This document shows positions 48,167 to 58,040 of a stretch of 64,000 nucleotides of DNA, piece by piece. Position numbers and translations under genes: made by a program. The DNA is taken from contig CAWCKJ010000012.1 of assembly GCA_963796105.1 (NCBI GenBank), positions 273,268 to 337,267 of the forward strand, in the 5' to 3' direction. Position 1 is the stretch's first letter, and the number at the start of each line of letters is the position of its first letter. The notes under the pieces were generated by a model. It ran no database searches. It saw only the letters and a program-made list of their open reading frames with translations, and was not told the origin of the DNA. This DNA is from a candidate division FCPU426 bacterium. Its GTDB lineage: Bacteria > Oederibacteriota > Muellerivitia > Muellerivitales > Muellerivitaceae.

Positions 48167-48565
48167 TTAATTTTTCCCCGCGCTTCTCTTGCCATATTCG
48201 GCTGTAATGGTGGAATGCATCCCGCCTCTGGTATTGAACTCCCCCGTGACCCTGCACCACTTGGGTTTGGACGCGGCGACAAAATCCTTTAGCATGCGGT
48301 TCACGGCGTTCTCGTAGAAAATGCCGACATTGCGGAAGGCCAGGACGTATCCTTTGAGTGATTTCAACTCCAAGACTTCTTTGACCGGCTCATATTCCAA
48401 TACGATGGTCCCGAAGTCGGGAAGCCCGGTTTTGGGACAGACCGCGGTATATTCAGGAATCTCAATCCGAATGGTGTAGCCCTTGAACTGGTTGGGAAAG
48501 GTCTCGATGGAAGGCAATTTCGCCGTCAAACCGGCCTTGGCGTGCCGCTCGTTATATTGATTCAT
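48167..48565 (-). CDS. queF: NADPH-dependent preQ0 reductase (type I)
   Basis: EYTAVCPKTGLPDFG, ELKSLK, FNTRGG. Confidence 0.95.
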   Translation of the reverse strand: MNQYNERHAKAGLTAKLPSIETFPNQFKGYTIRIEIPEYTAVCPKTGLPDFGTIVLEYEPVKEVLELKSLKGYVLAFRNVGIFYENAVNRMLKDFVAASKPKWCRVTGEFNTRGGMHSTITAEYGKRSAGKN

Positions 48566-48621
48566 AAACACCTCTATGATTAAAACACCCGGAAAGATTT
48601 TATGGCTTACAAAGAAAAACG

Positions 48622-49698
48622 TTAATTGACCAGATTATATAAGGTGTCCCTTTGATGAGGCTCAAATCCCATCTCCTGGATCAGCCTCCTCATTTCCGGC
48701 AATTCCATCGTATATCTAGTCCCGGTGGAGGATACGACATTTTCCTCAAGCATAATGCTCCCCAGGTCGTTGGCGCCGTATTTTAACCCCAATTGCCCGA
48801 TTTTTTTACCCGGGGTCAGCCAGGAGGCCTGCACGTTGGGCAGGCAATGGTTCAGGATAATACGTGACAAGGCCAGGGTTTTAAGATATTCCATACCGCT
48901 CGCGCTTTTCAGGCCCAGGCTCTCGTTGCCGGGCTGGTACAACCAGGGGATAAAACCCAGGAATCCGCCGGTCTCTTCCTGAAGTTCTCTGACCCGGAAA
49001 ACATGCTCGATTCGGTCTTCCGCCGTTTCCACGTGCCCGAACATCATGGTGGCGGTGGACCTCATTCCGATGGAATGCAAATCGCGCATGACACCCAGCC
49101 ACTCCTCGGTGGAGGCCTTCAAGGGGGCGATTTCCTTCCTGACCCGGTCCACCAGAATCTCGGCACCGCCCCCCGGCATGGAATCCATTCCTGCCTTCCT
49201 GAATTCCAGGAGGATTTCCTTAACCGGCATTCCAAAGAGCCCTGAGAAATGGACTAATTCAGGAGGCGAAAAAGCGTGCATGGTGATATCAGGGTGGGCT
49301 TTTTTCACCTTGGAGAGCATGTCCAGGTACCAATCCAGTTTCAGGTCCGGGTTGTGCCCTCCCTGTAAAAGAATCTGGGTGGCGCCCAAGGCCTTGGCCT
49401 CCGTTACCTTGTGAATGATTTGCTCCGCCTGGTTGACGTACCCTTCCTTCTCGTCACCCGACTCCCGGTAAAAAGCGCAAAATTTGCAGTAGGTCACACA
49501 AACGTTGGTGTAATTGATGTTCCGGTCGATCAGATAGGTCGCGATCTTGTCGCCCTTGGACCTGGTTTTCAGGACATCCGCGATGGCGCCTAATTCGTTC
49601 AATTCCGAACCCTGGTAAAGCTCCAACGCTTCCCGACGGTTGACGATGTGTCCGTCCAATACTTTTTCCTGCAGGGTTTCCATGGTTGTTGATGGCAT
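48622..49698 (-). CDS. mqnC: Cyclic dehypoxanthinyl futalosine synthase
   Basis: DRNINYTNVCVTYCKFCAFYR, LLQGGHNP, GANDLGSIMLEENVV. Confidence 0.9.
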   Translation of the reverse strand: MPSTTMETLQEKVLDGHIVNRREALELYQGSELNELGAIADVLKTRSKGDKIATYLIDRNINYTNVCVTYCKFCAFYRESGDEKEGYVNQAEQIIHKVTEAKALGATQILLQGGHNPDLKLDWYLDMLSKVKKAHPDITMHAFSPPELVHFSGLFGMPVKEILLEFRKAGMDSMPGGGAEILVDRVRKEIAPLKASTEEWLGVMRDLHSIGMRSTATMMFGHVETAEDRIEHVFRVRELQEETGGFLGFIPWLYQPGNESLGLKSASGMEYLKTLALSRIILNHCLPNVQASWLTPGKKIGQLGLKYGANDLGSIMLEENVVSSTGTRYTMELPEMRRLIQEMGFEPHQRDTLYNLVN

Positions 49699-49718
49699 AG
49701 GTCTTCTTTTCCCCGTTG

Positions 49719-50666
49719 TTAAAGAATCAGTTTTTCTTCTTTTAATAGGCGTTGAAATTCCAACTGGCCCTTCACTTCCTCGGGGCCGTAATTGTATCGG
49801 ACGATTTTTTCCAGGTACTCCTTGGCCATGGACCGATGGAAAGTCCAAAGACCCTTGTATTGATTGACGATTTCCTCGCAATGCTTGATGCCCTCGTTCT
49901 TGGCGGTCAGGAGGTCGGACTCGATCTCACGGGCGATGGGAACAGAGCGGGCCATCCAAACCGCGTGGATGAAGGGCTTTTGGGTTCTCAAATACCATTC
50001 CTCGCCCAAGTCGGTCACGGTCATTCCGGTCGGGGCCGACAAAAGCGCCATGTCCCCGAACTGGAGCACCGCCTCCCAAGGCTTGGTCTGGCTGGAATGG
50101 AATGTCTCGGCCTTGATCGCCACCACTTCCAAGTCCTTCACCCCGAACCATTTTTTCAGGATCAAGCGCGCCATCAAGACCGAGGTTTGGGAACGGTCAT
50201 CCACGTAAAGGCACTGGACAGCCTGGAGAGGCCTGTGGGAAAGAATCCTGATGCTTTTGATGGCCCCGTTACTGCCGATGGCGGCTATTGGAACTATATG
50301 GAGGGCCGGATTGAGGAAATAGGCCGCGATGGGGGCGATGGCAACGTCCACCCTTCCCTCCGAGAGCAGTTTTCCCATCTGATTCGGGGAGGATTGGACC
50401 AGCTTGTGATGCCCTCCCAAACCCCAAATCAAGGGCTGGATGTTCAGGAAGCCAAAAACCCCGATCCTCATGGGCTTGGCGGTGAAAACCAAGGGCAAGC
50501 TGGGAATTGGCGGTGTAACGGTAGCGGGAGCCGGCGCTGGTTTTGGGGCGGCATCCGCCGCCGTTGCCGTAGGCGCCGGTTGAACCGTCGTGGCTACTTG
50601 CGGCGCGCTGATAGGTTCCGCCTGTTTATCAGTTGATCCTATTGAAGTAGATTGTGTCTCGCTCAT
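49719..50666 (-). CDS. mqnA: Chorismate dehydratase
   Basis: FLNIQPL, SQTSV, GDMAL, DLGEEW...PF..AVW; lies between mqnE and mqnC. Confidence 0.88.
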   Translation of the reverse strand: MSETQSTSIGSTDKQAEPISAPQVATTVQPAPTATAADAAPKPAPAPATVTPPIPSLPLVFTAKPMRIGVFGFLNIQPLIWGLGGHHKLVQSSPNQMGKLLSEGRVDVAIAPIAAYFLNPALHIVPIAAIGSNGAIKSIRILSHRPLQAVQCLYVDDRSQTSVLMARLILKKWFGVKDLEVVAIKAETFHSSQTKPWEAVLQFGDMALLSAPTGMTVTDLGEEWYLRTQKPFIHAVWMARSVPIAREIESDLLTAKNEGIKHCEEIVNQYKGLWTFHRSMAKEYLEKIVRYNYGPEEVKGQLEFQRLLKEEKLIL

Positions 50667-50718
50667 TTATTCCTCGTTTTCAGATGAATCAATTTTAGAG
50701 AAACTAATAAAAACCTCT

Positions 50719-50883
50719 TTTCACCACAGGGACCCAGAGACCCAGCAAAGATAATCTATTAAAAATTCTTTCGTTTCGGCTGTGTCTTTGAGTCTCTGTG
50801 CCGATCTTCATTAAAAAATATATGGAGATCGGTACTATACCAGCTCCATTAAATGTTTTAATGAAAGCTGGCATGTGGTGAAA
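50719..50883. repeat. CACCACAG...GTGGTG palindromic repeat carrying the 77-bp nested element (50798-50874)
   Basis: Insert homologous to 21827-21903. Confidence 0.75.
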
Positions 50884-50904
50884 TCATGAATTTTGTTAGA
50901 CCTC

Positions 50905-52026
50905 TTAAACCCCCACAGGGGTTTTTCCCTGCGGAACACGGATTTCTCGGTACAGGGTGTCCCTTTCCACCGGAATACGTCCCGCCTCTCGGATCAACTT
51001 CTGAAGGTCCAGCACGGTCATGGCCTGGGGCGTGTCGCTTCCTGCCATGCGGTAGATATTTTCCTCGATGACCGTCCCGTCGATGTCGTCCACCCCGAAG
51101 GAAAGGGAAAGCTGGGCCAGCTTCGCGCCCAGTGTCACCCAATAGGCCTTGATATGGTCGAAATTATCCAAATAGGCCCTCGCCACCGCGAGGGTTTTCA
51201 GGTCCTCGACTCCAGAGGGCCTGGCGAACTGGTCCATGGCCGTATGGTCGGGATGGAAAGCCAGGGGGATGAAGGTTTGGAACCCGCCCGTCTCATCCTG
51301 CAATTCTCGAAGCCTCCTCATGTGGTCCACCCGGTGCTCGTGCCTCTCGATATGGCCGTAAAGCATGGTGGCGTTCGTCCTTAAACCCAGGCCGTGGGCG
51401 GCCCGGTGGACCTCCATCCATTGGTCGGCGTCGGCTTTGCCGGGACAGATTTGCTCCCGGATCTCGGGATGAAAAATTTCCGCCCCGCCTCCCGGCATGG
51501 AATCCAGCCCCGCCTCTATTAACCGGGATAGGATTTCACGAACGGGTAAATTGAACTTGTCGGAGAAATAATGGATTTCCACTGCCGTGAAGCATTTCAA
51601 GTGGACCGTCGGGACTGTTTTTTTCAACAGCCGAAGCATGGTCTCGTACCATTCCAGGTCGTACTTGGGATGAAGCCCCCCCACGATATGAAGTTCGGTG
51701 ATGCGCTCTTTTTCGAACGCTTCCAGCGCTTTCTGGGCCATCTGCTGGTGGGTGAAGCTGAACTCGCCCTCTTCCCCCTCGAACCGGGAAAAGGCGCAGA
51801 ACTTGCAGGAGGTTTCGCAGACGTTTGTATAGTCAATATGCCTGTTGATGTTGTAATAGGTCCGGTTGCCGTTCTTTCTTTCGCGGACCAGGTTTGCGAG
51901 TTCCCCCAGGATATAGAGGTCCTGGGTTTCGAAAAGGCGAAGGGCGTCCACTTCCTTAAGGCGGACTCCCGCCTCCACTTTCTCGAACAGGTCCTTGATG
52001 GGTGAAACGGATAGTCGGCTTTTCAA
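50905..52026 (-). CDS. mqnE: Aminofutalosine synthase
   Basis: TNVCETSCKFCAF, ELHIVGGLHP, FTAVEI, HIKAYW, DGTVIEENI; start may be TTG 52026 or ATG 52074. Confidence 0.92.
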   Translation of the reverse strand: MKSRLSVSPIKDLFEKVEAGVRLKEVDALRLFETQDLYILGELANLVRERKNGNRTYYNINRHIDYTNVCETSCKFCAFSRFEGEEGEFSFTHQQMAQKALEAFEKERITELHIVGGLHPKYDLEWYETMLRLLKKTVPTVHLKCFTAVEIHYFSDKFNLPVREILSRLIEAGLDSMPGGGAEIFHPEIREQICPGKADADQWMEVHRAAHGLGLRTNATMLYGHIERHEHRVDHMRRLRELQDETGGFQTFIPLAFHPDHTAMDQFARPSGVEDLKTLAVARAYLDNFDHIKAYWVTLGAKLAQLSLSFGVDDIDGTVIEENIYRMAGSDTPQAMTVLDLQKLIREAGRIPVERDTLYREIRVPQGKTPVGV

Positions 52027-52946
52027 AACCAAAGGGCTGCTCCCACAATCAGGAAGTATAGGATTGAAATCCAACCATTTAGTTTCATCATGGCAGGTGA
52101 AAGATAAAAGACGGTTTCTCCCCTATTGGTCTCAAGACGATAAGAAAGGCGGTGCTGAAAGTAAAGGATGGCCCCGATGAGGGCTATCCCCAGGTAATAA
52201 ATCAGATGAAAGCCCGCCTGGGCCCCGAAACCGGCCAAAAATCCTAACATAAGGGTATGGAAGAATCGAGAGGCCTTTAGGCTGTTGGCCAGGCCCCAGC
52301 GGGTAATCCAGGAATGAAGCCCCTGGGCCCGGTCGAAAGCCTCGTCCTGGGTGGAGTAAAGGATGTCGAACCCCGCCAGGAAACAAATCACCGCCGCTAA
52401 TAGCCAGAGGGGGGCCACTTCAAACTTCCCCGTCGCCGCGATCCAGGCCCCGACCGGAGCCACCCCCAGGGCCAGGCCCAAAAACAGGTGGGAGGTCCAG
52501 GTAAAGCGCTTGGTGTGGGTATAGAAAAAGAGGATAACCAGGACTACAGGAGAAAGTTTGAACGCCAGGGGATTCAAGGGGATGCAGGAGAGCACGAAAC
52601 CGAAACTCGTGACCCAAACCAGGATCTTGACTTGCCAGGGCTTGATGCGCCCCGCGGGGATATCCCGGTCTTTGGTTCGGGGATTCTTGGCGTCGATATT
52701 GGCGTCCATCAAGCGGTTGTATGCCATGGCCGTCGTGCGGGCCAGGACCATGCAAACAATCACCCAGAGAAGAACGTGCAAGGAGGGCTTCCCATGAGTC
52801 GCGGTCAAGAGGCTCGCAAGGGCGAAAGGCAGGGCGAATACCGAGTGGGGCAGGACGACCAAGTTGCTGATGGTCCTCAAACCCCTGAAAATTTTTAAAT
52901 CGCTAAAATTCAGAAAGAGCCCTCCTCCAGGTTGTAACCATACCAC
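52023..52946 (-). CDS. UbiA-like polyprenyltransferase of the futalosine pathway (MqnP-like)
   Basis: HSVFALPFA, NRLMDANIDAKNPRT..R.IPAG, GFDILYSTQD; true start probably slightly downstream of 52946. Confidence 0.9.
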   Translation of the reverse strand: MVWLQPGGGLFLNFSDLKIFRGLRTISNLVVLPHSVFALPFALASLLTATHGKPSLHVLLWVIVCMVLARTTAMAYNRLMDANIDAKNPRTKDRDIPAGRIKPWQVKILVWVTSFGFVLSCIPLNPLAFKLSPVVLVILFFYTHTKRFTWTSHLFLGLALGVAPVGAWIAATGKFEVAPLWLLAAVICFLAGFDILYSTQDEAFDRAQGLHSWITRWGLANSLKASRFFHTLMLGFLAGFGAQAGFHLIYYLGIALIGAILYFQHRLSYRLETNRGETVFYLSPAMMKLNGWISILYFLIVGAALWF

Positions 52947-53653
52947 ACTTCGAATTTGGTAATCCCGAATGGGTCCTGCATGATCCTCATGGGAGCTGAA
53001 TTCATGAATGCTGGGGCCTTGGTTATATCGGACGCCTCGTGGACCACGATGGCCGTGTCCGGCTTGCCTAATCCCCTATGGATGCTGTAGTTTCCAGCTT
53101 TGTATTGTCTCTCACCATGGTAATGCTCCCCGGGATTCTCGTTCTTTCCGCCGTGATGGGTATCGTGTTCTGAATCGAATTGAGCTTTCCAATAGTCATA
53201 AGAGCGCAATGTATTACGCGCGATCACGATGCCCGCTGGTTTTTGGGGCAATGGTGAATAGGTCCGAGGGTTAATATCCACGCCGCTCCAAACCATGGAA
53301 TCCTTCACCCCGGCTTTTTTCATGGAAGCCTTATAAGTCGCGGATTTAATGAAATGAATGCCGTTATTCAAGTTGGCGCATTTCAAAGTCAGGATCAGGT
53401 AACGCGGGTTTTTCAAGTCCCGGTGCAGGCTATAATCCGAAAAACCATTCGCTTTGAAATCCCCAAACAGTTTTTGGAATTCCACCTTGAAGACCTTGGT
53501 ATCACCCGCATTCTGGCGGATGAATAGGTTTCCAGGGAAATCCGATGAGGGGGCGGGAGAATCCGTGGCCCAAGAAAACGGCACGGCTGAAAATATTGTT
53601 AGAACCATCAATCCTATGCAATGTTTTAAAGTGGCCAATTTATTATCGGGCAT
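52910..53653 (-). CDS. Secreted protein with two internally repeated alpha/beta domains
   Basis: Signal peptide; YSLHRDLKNP / YSIHRGLGKP and F.KS / FMNS repeats. Confidence 0.6.
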   Translation of the reverse strand: MPDNKLATLKHCIGLMVLTIFSAVPFSWATDSPAPSSDFPGNLFIRQNAGDTKVFKVEFQKLFGDFKANGFSDYSLHRDLKNPRYLILTLKCANLNNGIHFIKSATYKASMKKAGVKDSMVWSGVDINPRTYSPLPQKPAGIVIARNTLRSYDYWKAQFDSEHDTHHGGKNENPGEHYHGERQYKAGNYSIHRGLGKPDTAIVVHEASDITKAPAFMNSAPMRIMQDPFGITKFEVWYGYNLEEGSF

Positions 53654-53674
53654 ATAAACCTTTCACCAAATTGA

Positions 53675-54808
53675 TTAATGAGAAATCGTTTTGTCGATAA
53701 CCTGGATAAGCGGGTGAGAATCCCCCAAGGCGGCCTTGAGGGTCGCAACCGCCTCCTGGCGGTGGGTCTGGGCCTGTTGGCTGTTTCCCATTAACTGATC
53801 ATCCAGGGCAATTCTCGCCTCGCAAAGGGCTGTACGGGGATGGTTTGGTCCAAAGACATCCTTTTCCACATCGAGAGCCTTGGTATCCAAATCCAGGGCT
53901 TCGGCATAGCCTTCTACTCCCCTGTAGGCCGCCGCGGTCTTTTCCATCAGGCTTAGGGCCGGATAGCCTTTGTTACCCAGTATTATTTTTTGGTAAATTT
54001 TCAAGGCTTGTTCATAAAGCGACTTTGATTTGTCCCCCATTTTCCGTTGGGTATAAAAATCCCCCAAAGCCCTCAAGGCGTCGGCGGTTTGCGCCCCAAA
54101 ACCCGTGTAATTGTTCTTTTCGATTTCCAATATCTTCTCAAGATCTTTTTGCGCGTCATCCCATTTTTCCAGCCGGATTAATAGTTCCGCCCTGGTCTGA
54201 AGCGGATTAATCTGGGATAGGCTGTTATTTACCCTGCTATTTCCCAACAGACTGACGGCTTGAGAAAGACTTTTTTGGGACTCTTCGGTTTTTCCCAATT
54301 CCATTTCCAAAAGCCCCAACCGGCTTAACAGGATACCTTCACCCGTAAAACCCTTTGTCCCCCTCTGGATGGCAGCAGCCCTTTTTTCCAAATAATAGGC
54401 GTCCTCATAGCGGCCCAAATCCTGGTAAAGATCCACAAGCTTTTCCAGTGTGTCGGCTAGTTTGGGATCACCTGGCTCTAAAACCTGCTCCTGCAGGGCT
54501 AGGCCCCATTTCAGGTTTTTTTCCGCCTCGGAATATTGGCCAAGATTGCGCCTCATTTCGGCCAAATCGCCAAGAATGGACGCCAAAAAGGGGTGGTTTG
54601 GACCATAGAACCCCAGCGCTACCTGGTAAGCGATTTTCTCGCTTTCCAGGGCCGCTTTGAATTGGCCTTGGTTGTAATGTTCCAAAGCCTGTTTCCGGGA
54701 GGATTTGAAAGTTTCATCTTGGTTAATACTGGACAAAGCGAAAAGAACAGCCGGGGCCAAAAACAAAAAGAAAATTAACCCAGTCCATTGTTGAAAGAGT
54801 CGCTTCAT
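53675..54808 (-). CDS. Secreted tetratricopeptide repeat protein
   Basis: Signal peptide; GPNHP-type TPR repeats. Confidence 0.85.
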   Translation of the reverse strand: MKRLFQQWTGLIFFLFLAPAVLFALSSINQDETFKSSRKQALEHYNQGQFKAALESEKIAYQVALGFYGPNHPFLASILGDLAEMRRNLGQYSEAEKNLKWGLALQEQVLEPGDPKLADTLEKLVDLYQDLGRYEDAYYLEKRAAAIQRGTKGFTGEGILLSRLGLLEMELGKTEESQKSLSQAVSLLGNSRVNNSLSQINPLQTRAELLIRLEKWDDAQKDLEKILEIEKNNYTGFGAQTADALRALGDFYTQRKMGDKSKSLYEQALKIYQKIILGNKGYPALSLMEKTAAAYRGVEGYAEALDLDTKALDVEKDVFGPNHPRTALCEARIALDDQLMGNSQQAQTHRQEAVATLKAALGDSHPLIQVIDKTISH

Positions 54809-56019
54809 GGATTCAAGTTCCTGGGCAAGGGTGAAAGCGCTGGAATAGGCGGTAACCCCACTTTCTCCCCTTCGGGACAGGGCGGGCCTAATAATATTAA
54901 ATTGGCATCAGCCTCAAAATTATCAAGAAAAGTCGACCCGCCATCAAAAGAGTAAGCGGCACGCGAAAGATGCGCTCCCCCGTCAAAGGAAAGCTCAGAA
55001 GCGTCCGAGAGGTTACCGGTATTTTGGACCCCTGAAAGGACATAACAATCCGAACAATCCGACATACTGGAACCGTACTTACCCGAATCCGCTTGAAAGG
55101 CGATATAAGTACACTGGGGCTGGAAACCTTGGGTTTTATTAGGAGTATCAAACCCTACCGTCACCCACGAATATTCAGTCCCCACTTGGTCCGGTTCCAG
55201 AGCCTTTCCCGAAAAGGCAAATTTCGTCTCATGCTTCATATAATCATTGGTATAGACGCGATAGTTAAGCGGGGCCGTCGGATTCCCCACTTTTTTTATC
55301 CGAATGGTGAAGCCGTTCGCCAAAATACCGCAATGCGGATGGAGGGCTTCCCCTTGCAATAGGTATCCCTTTTCATCCCCCGGCGTCCCATTACCGTGGA
55401 TCGGCATATCCAGAGGGGAGTCATAGGGATCGCCCTGATGGATCTGTCCACCGCCATGCAGAACGTAAAGGGGCTGGCGTTTTAATTTTTTCCAAACATC
55501 CTTCTCACAGGAAAATACTTCCAATTTGGAATCATTTGTTTCGTCCAAAGGGTTGATGTAATTGGGTTTGTCCGTAAAAGCGAAGGAAGCCTTGTTTTGG
55601 GGCCCGATCACTCCCACCTTATGGATACCCCCTCGATTAGTGTCCCATTCCAAAACCAAGTGATAGACCTTTCCAGCGGTTAAAGAAACATTCGGCATCG
55701 GTATGGTGGCCCAATTGTCGGCTTTAGGAATAATGGAAGCCTGCCCTAAAATTTCCGGTGAGGGCATACCATTTACGTCTTCCCGGACGCTGATTAAATA
55801 ACCAGGTGGATTTAAGGCCTTCAGGCAGTAAACCGAAGCCGCTACTAGGCTCATGTCTTGTTGGCAGGTAAAACGGAAGGATAACTTTTTATCGGATGTG
55901 TCTATTGTGAAAGCCGAACGGCTGTTCACGATGAAATGGCATCCGAAATCGGCCCGGACTGGAGAGGCGAAAGCCCAAAGAAATACGAGGAAAGCATAAG
56001 ATATTTTAATGATTTTCAT
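54805..56019 (-). CDS. Secreted hypothetical protein
   Basis: Signal peptide (VRA/D), 404 aa, coupled to the TPR gene. Confidence 0.7.
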   Translation of the reverse strand: MKIIKISYAFLVFLWAFASPVRADFGCHFIVNSRSAFTIDTSDKKLSFRFTCQQDMSLVAASVYCLKALNPPGYLISVREDVNGMPSPEILGQASIIPKADNWATIPMPNVSLTAGKVYHLVLEWDTNRGGIHKVGVIGPQNKASFAFTDKPNYINPLDETNDSKLEVFSCEKDVWKKLKRQPLYVLHGGGQIHQGDPYDSPLDMPIHGNGTPGDEKGYLLQGEALHPHCGILANGFTIRIKKVGNPTAPLNYRVYTNDYMKHETKFAFSGKALEPDQVGTEYSWVTVGFDTPNKTQGFQPQCTYIAFQADSGKYGSSMSDCSDCYVLSGVQNTGNLSDASELSFDGGAHLSRAAYSFDGGSTFLDNFEADANLILLGPPCPEGEKVGLPPIPALSPLPRNLNP

Positions 56020-56083
56020 CGGATTATCTTAAAGGAAAGGACCAGTCACGCCAATAACATTTCAACAATATACTCATGGCATC

Positions 56084-57083
56084 GGGATCAAGTCTTCGTT
56101 TTACATTCTGAAATCCTCTTCCTAAACCCCTCATCCCCATCCATCCTATTGCGAATCACCGCCATCCGGTTTCCAACCGCCGAATACCTCACCCCCAACC
56201 TTTCCCCAATCTCTTTTAACCCCAGTCCCGCTTCTCGCCTCAACAGCCATACCGCCGCATCCCTGGCTTCGTTCGGCCTTCGCGTCACCCTCAACATTTC
56301 AGCCGTCTTCACTTTGTATTTCCTTGCGATTCTCTCAATCACCTCTTCGGCTGTCCTTCGGTCCAATCGCTTATGGGCCATGGGTATCTCCAAGTCATCT
56401 TTTCGCCTCAACAATCCTTTTAATTGTTTCTTTAGGCCCTCCCCGCCATAATAAATCCCGGATAAATCTTCCCATGGCGTCTTTTTCGCCTTCATCCCAT
56501 CTTGTACAAATTGACGGTATTTTTTTTGGGCTTTTGATCGGCTATTTCCAAATTGTCCCAATATCCAATCAGTTGTCAGCCAGGGCTCTTTCTTATCCCT
56601 TCCAGCCGTCGCATGGTAACTGCTCCATTTCCATTCCTTTGGATGTTTCGCCATTTTGGCCCTGACAGGGTTTAAGACCACATACCGGCAAAGCTCCAAT
56701 AAATGCGATCCTTTCTCGACCAGAATCGCCTTATACCGCCCTTGAAACAAATGTCCTACCCGGCGGTTGCCCCGGTTATGTTTTTGGGTATAAACACCGT
56801 TCAAATGCCTCATGGCTTTGGAAAGATTGGCTTCCGGGGTTTCAATTAAAAGATGGTAATGGTTATCCATCAACACCCAAGCATGGCAAACCACGTTATA
56901 GTCTTCTATCGTCTGGGCAAGCACCCTTAAAAACAGCTCACGATCCTGATCCGATCGGACGATATTCTTCCTCTCGTTCCCTCGGGAGGTCACGTGGTAC
57001 ACAGCCCCTATAAAATGAACCCTTAACGCTCTGGCCATTCATGAAATATACAATATCCAGAGTGTAAAGTGAAGACGCGACCC
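56084..57083. mobile_element. RAYT element 1 with inverted ends
   Basis: GGGATCAAGTCTTCGTTTTACATTC vs reverse complement GGGTCGCGTCTTCACTTTACACTC. Confidence 0.7.
56088..57038 (-). CDS. HUH/Y1 tyrosine transposase (RAYT-like) with C-terminal HTH, copy 1
   Basis: YHVTSRGN, MDNHYH (HUH), LFQGRY, YVVLNPVRA, WKWSSY. Confidence 0.93.
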   Translation of the reverse strand: MARALRVHFIGAVYHVTSRGNERKNIVRSDQDRELFLRVLAQTIEDYNVVCHAWVLMDNHYHLLIETPEANLSKAMRHLNGVYTQKHNRGNRRVGHLFQGRYKAILVEKGSHLLELCRYVVLNPVRAKMAKHPKEWKWSSYHATAGRDKKEPWLTTDWILGQFGNSRSKAQKKYRQFVQDGMKAKKTPWEDLSGIYYGGEGLKKQLKGLLRRKDDLEIPMAHKRLDRRTAEEVIERIARKYKVKTAEMLRVTRRPNEARDAAVWLLRREAGLGLKEIGERLGVRYSAVGNRMAVIRNRMDGDEGFRKRISECKTKT

Positions 57084-57090
57084 CTTTTTT

Positions 57091-57795
57091 TCATTTTTCC
57101 ACCAGGTAATCCAGGAGTTTCGTGTAGGTCTCCCGGGTGATGGGCTGGTACCAGTTCGAGGGCTCGATGGCGTGGATCATCAGCACGGTCCAGGCCCCGG
57201 AGGAAAGGTCCTGGTCCACCCAATTCTTGTAGGTTTCGTACGCGAAGGCGGTCATGGTGGCTTGGCTGGGCAGGTTGAACCAATCCGGTTCCATGTCCGG
57301 CGTGAGGTATGCGTTGCCGCCCCCGCCCCTGGCCGCGAAATTCTCCGCCTCGACCCATTTCCTCAGGCCCGGCGAAATCTCCACGTAGGGATAGGCCAAA
57401 GTCAGCACTGGCACGGCACATAAGCGCTGGAGTTTATCCTTGGCCTCCACCACCTCGTTTTTCTCATCGTCGGGCTTCAGCTCGTTCACGTGGCTGTGGG
57501 TCATGGTGTGGTTGCCGATTTCCTGGTCGAAGATGGCGGCTTTTTTCCAATCGTCGGGCCGGTCCAGCTTGCCCGCGATCAGGTAAAAGGTACCCCTTAG
57601 TTTCCTTTTGGCCATCTCCGGGATTGCCACGTCCAAGTGACAGGGGTCGCCGTCGTCATAGGTCAGGGATAGGGCGGCTTTGTAGCCGTTCCAGGGGAGG
57701 ACCTCAAAGGGGACATCCTTAGCGCTTAAAACCAATGGATAAAGAAGGGCTGTTATGAAAAGACAGGTTGAGGCCAAAATGAGTGTAAACCGCAT
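57091..57795 (-). CDS. Polysaccharide deacetylase (CE4-like), probably 3'-truncated
   Basis: SLTYDDG, EIGNHTMTH, AYPY; stop codon lies against the RAYT element end. Confidence 0.85.
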   Translation of the reverse strand: MRFTLILASTCLFITALLYPLVLSAKDVPFEVLPWNGYKAALSLTYDDGDPCHLDVAIPEMAKRKLRGTFYLIAGKLDRPDDWKKAAIFDQEIGNHTMTHSHVNELKPDDEKNEVVEAKDKLQRLCAVPVLTLAYPYVEISPGLRKWVEAENFAARGGGGNAYLTPDMEPDWFNLPSQATMTAFAYETYKNWVDQDLSSGAWTVLMIHAIEPSNWYQPITRETYTKLLDYLVEK

Positions 57796-57834
57796 CTAAC
57801 CCTCCCAAATTGAGCTTTTGAATAAAAGCCATCT

Positions 57835-58040
57835 TGCCCCGCCACGGGGCAAAATGCCACCGTGAAATCTAGCGGAAAAGTCGGCTTCGGTCGGTGGAAA
57901 ACTGGTTCTGTTCCCAGCTTAAGTCCAGCAGTTCCCGTGGTTATCTCAGCCTGTTCCCGGCTTAAGTCCTGCTGTTCCCGGGTTATCTCGGCTTGTTCCC
58001 GGCTTAAGTCCTGCTGTTCCCAGGTTATCTCGGCTTGCCC
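57835..58040. repeat. Short copy of the three-part 21-bp array
   Basis: TGCC x2, G(C/T)GGAAA x2, then about six TGTTCCC units matching 24921-25210. Confidence 0.85.

Noticed and set aside
48566..48621. preQ1 riboswitch upstream of queF
   Set aside because: No recognisable preQ1-I stem and A-rich tail in the short spacer
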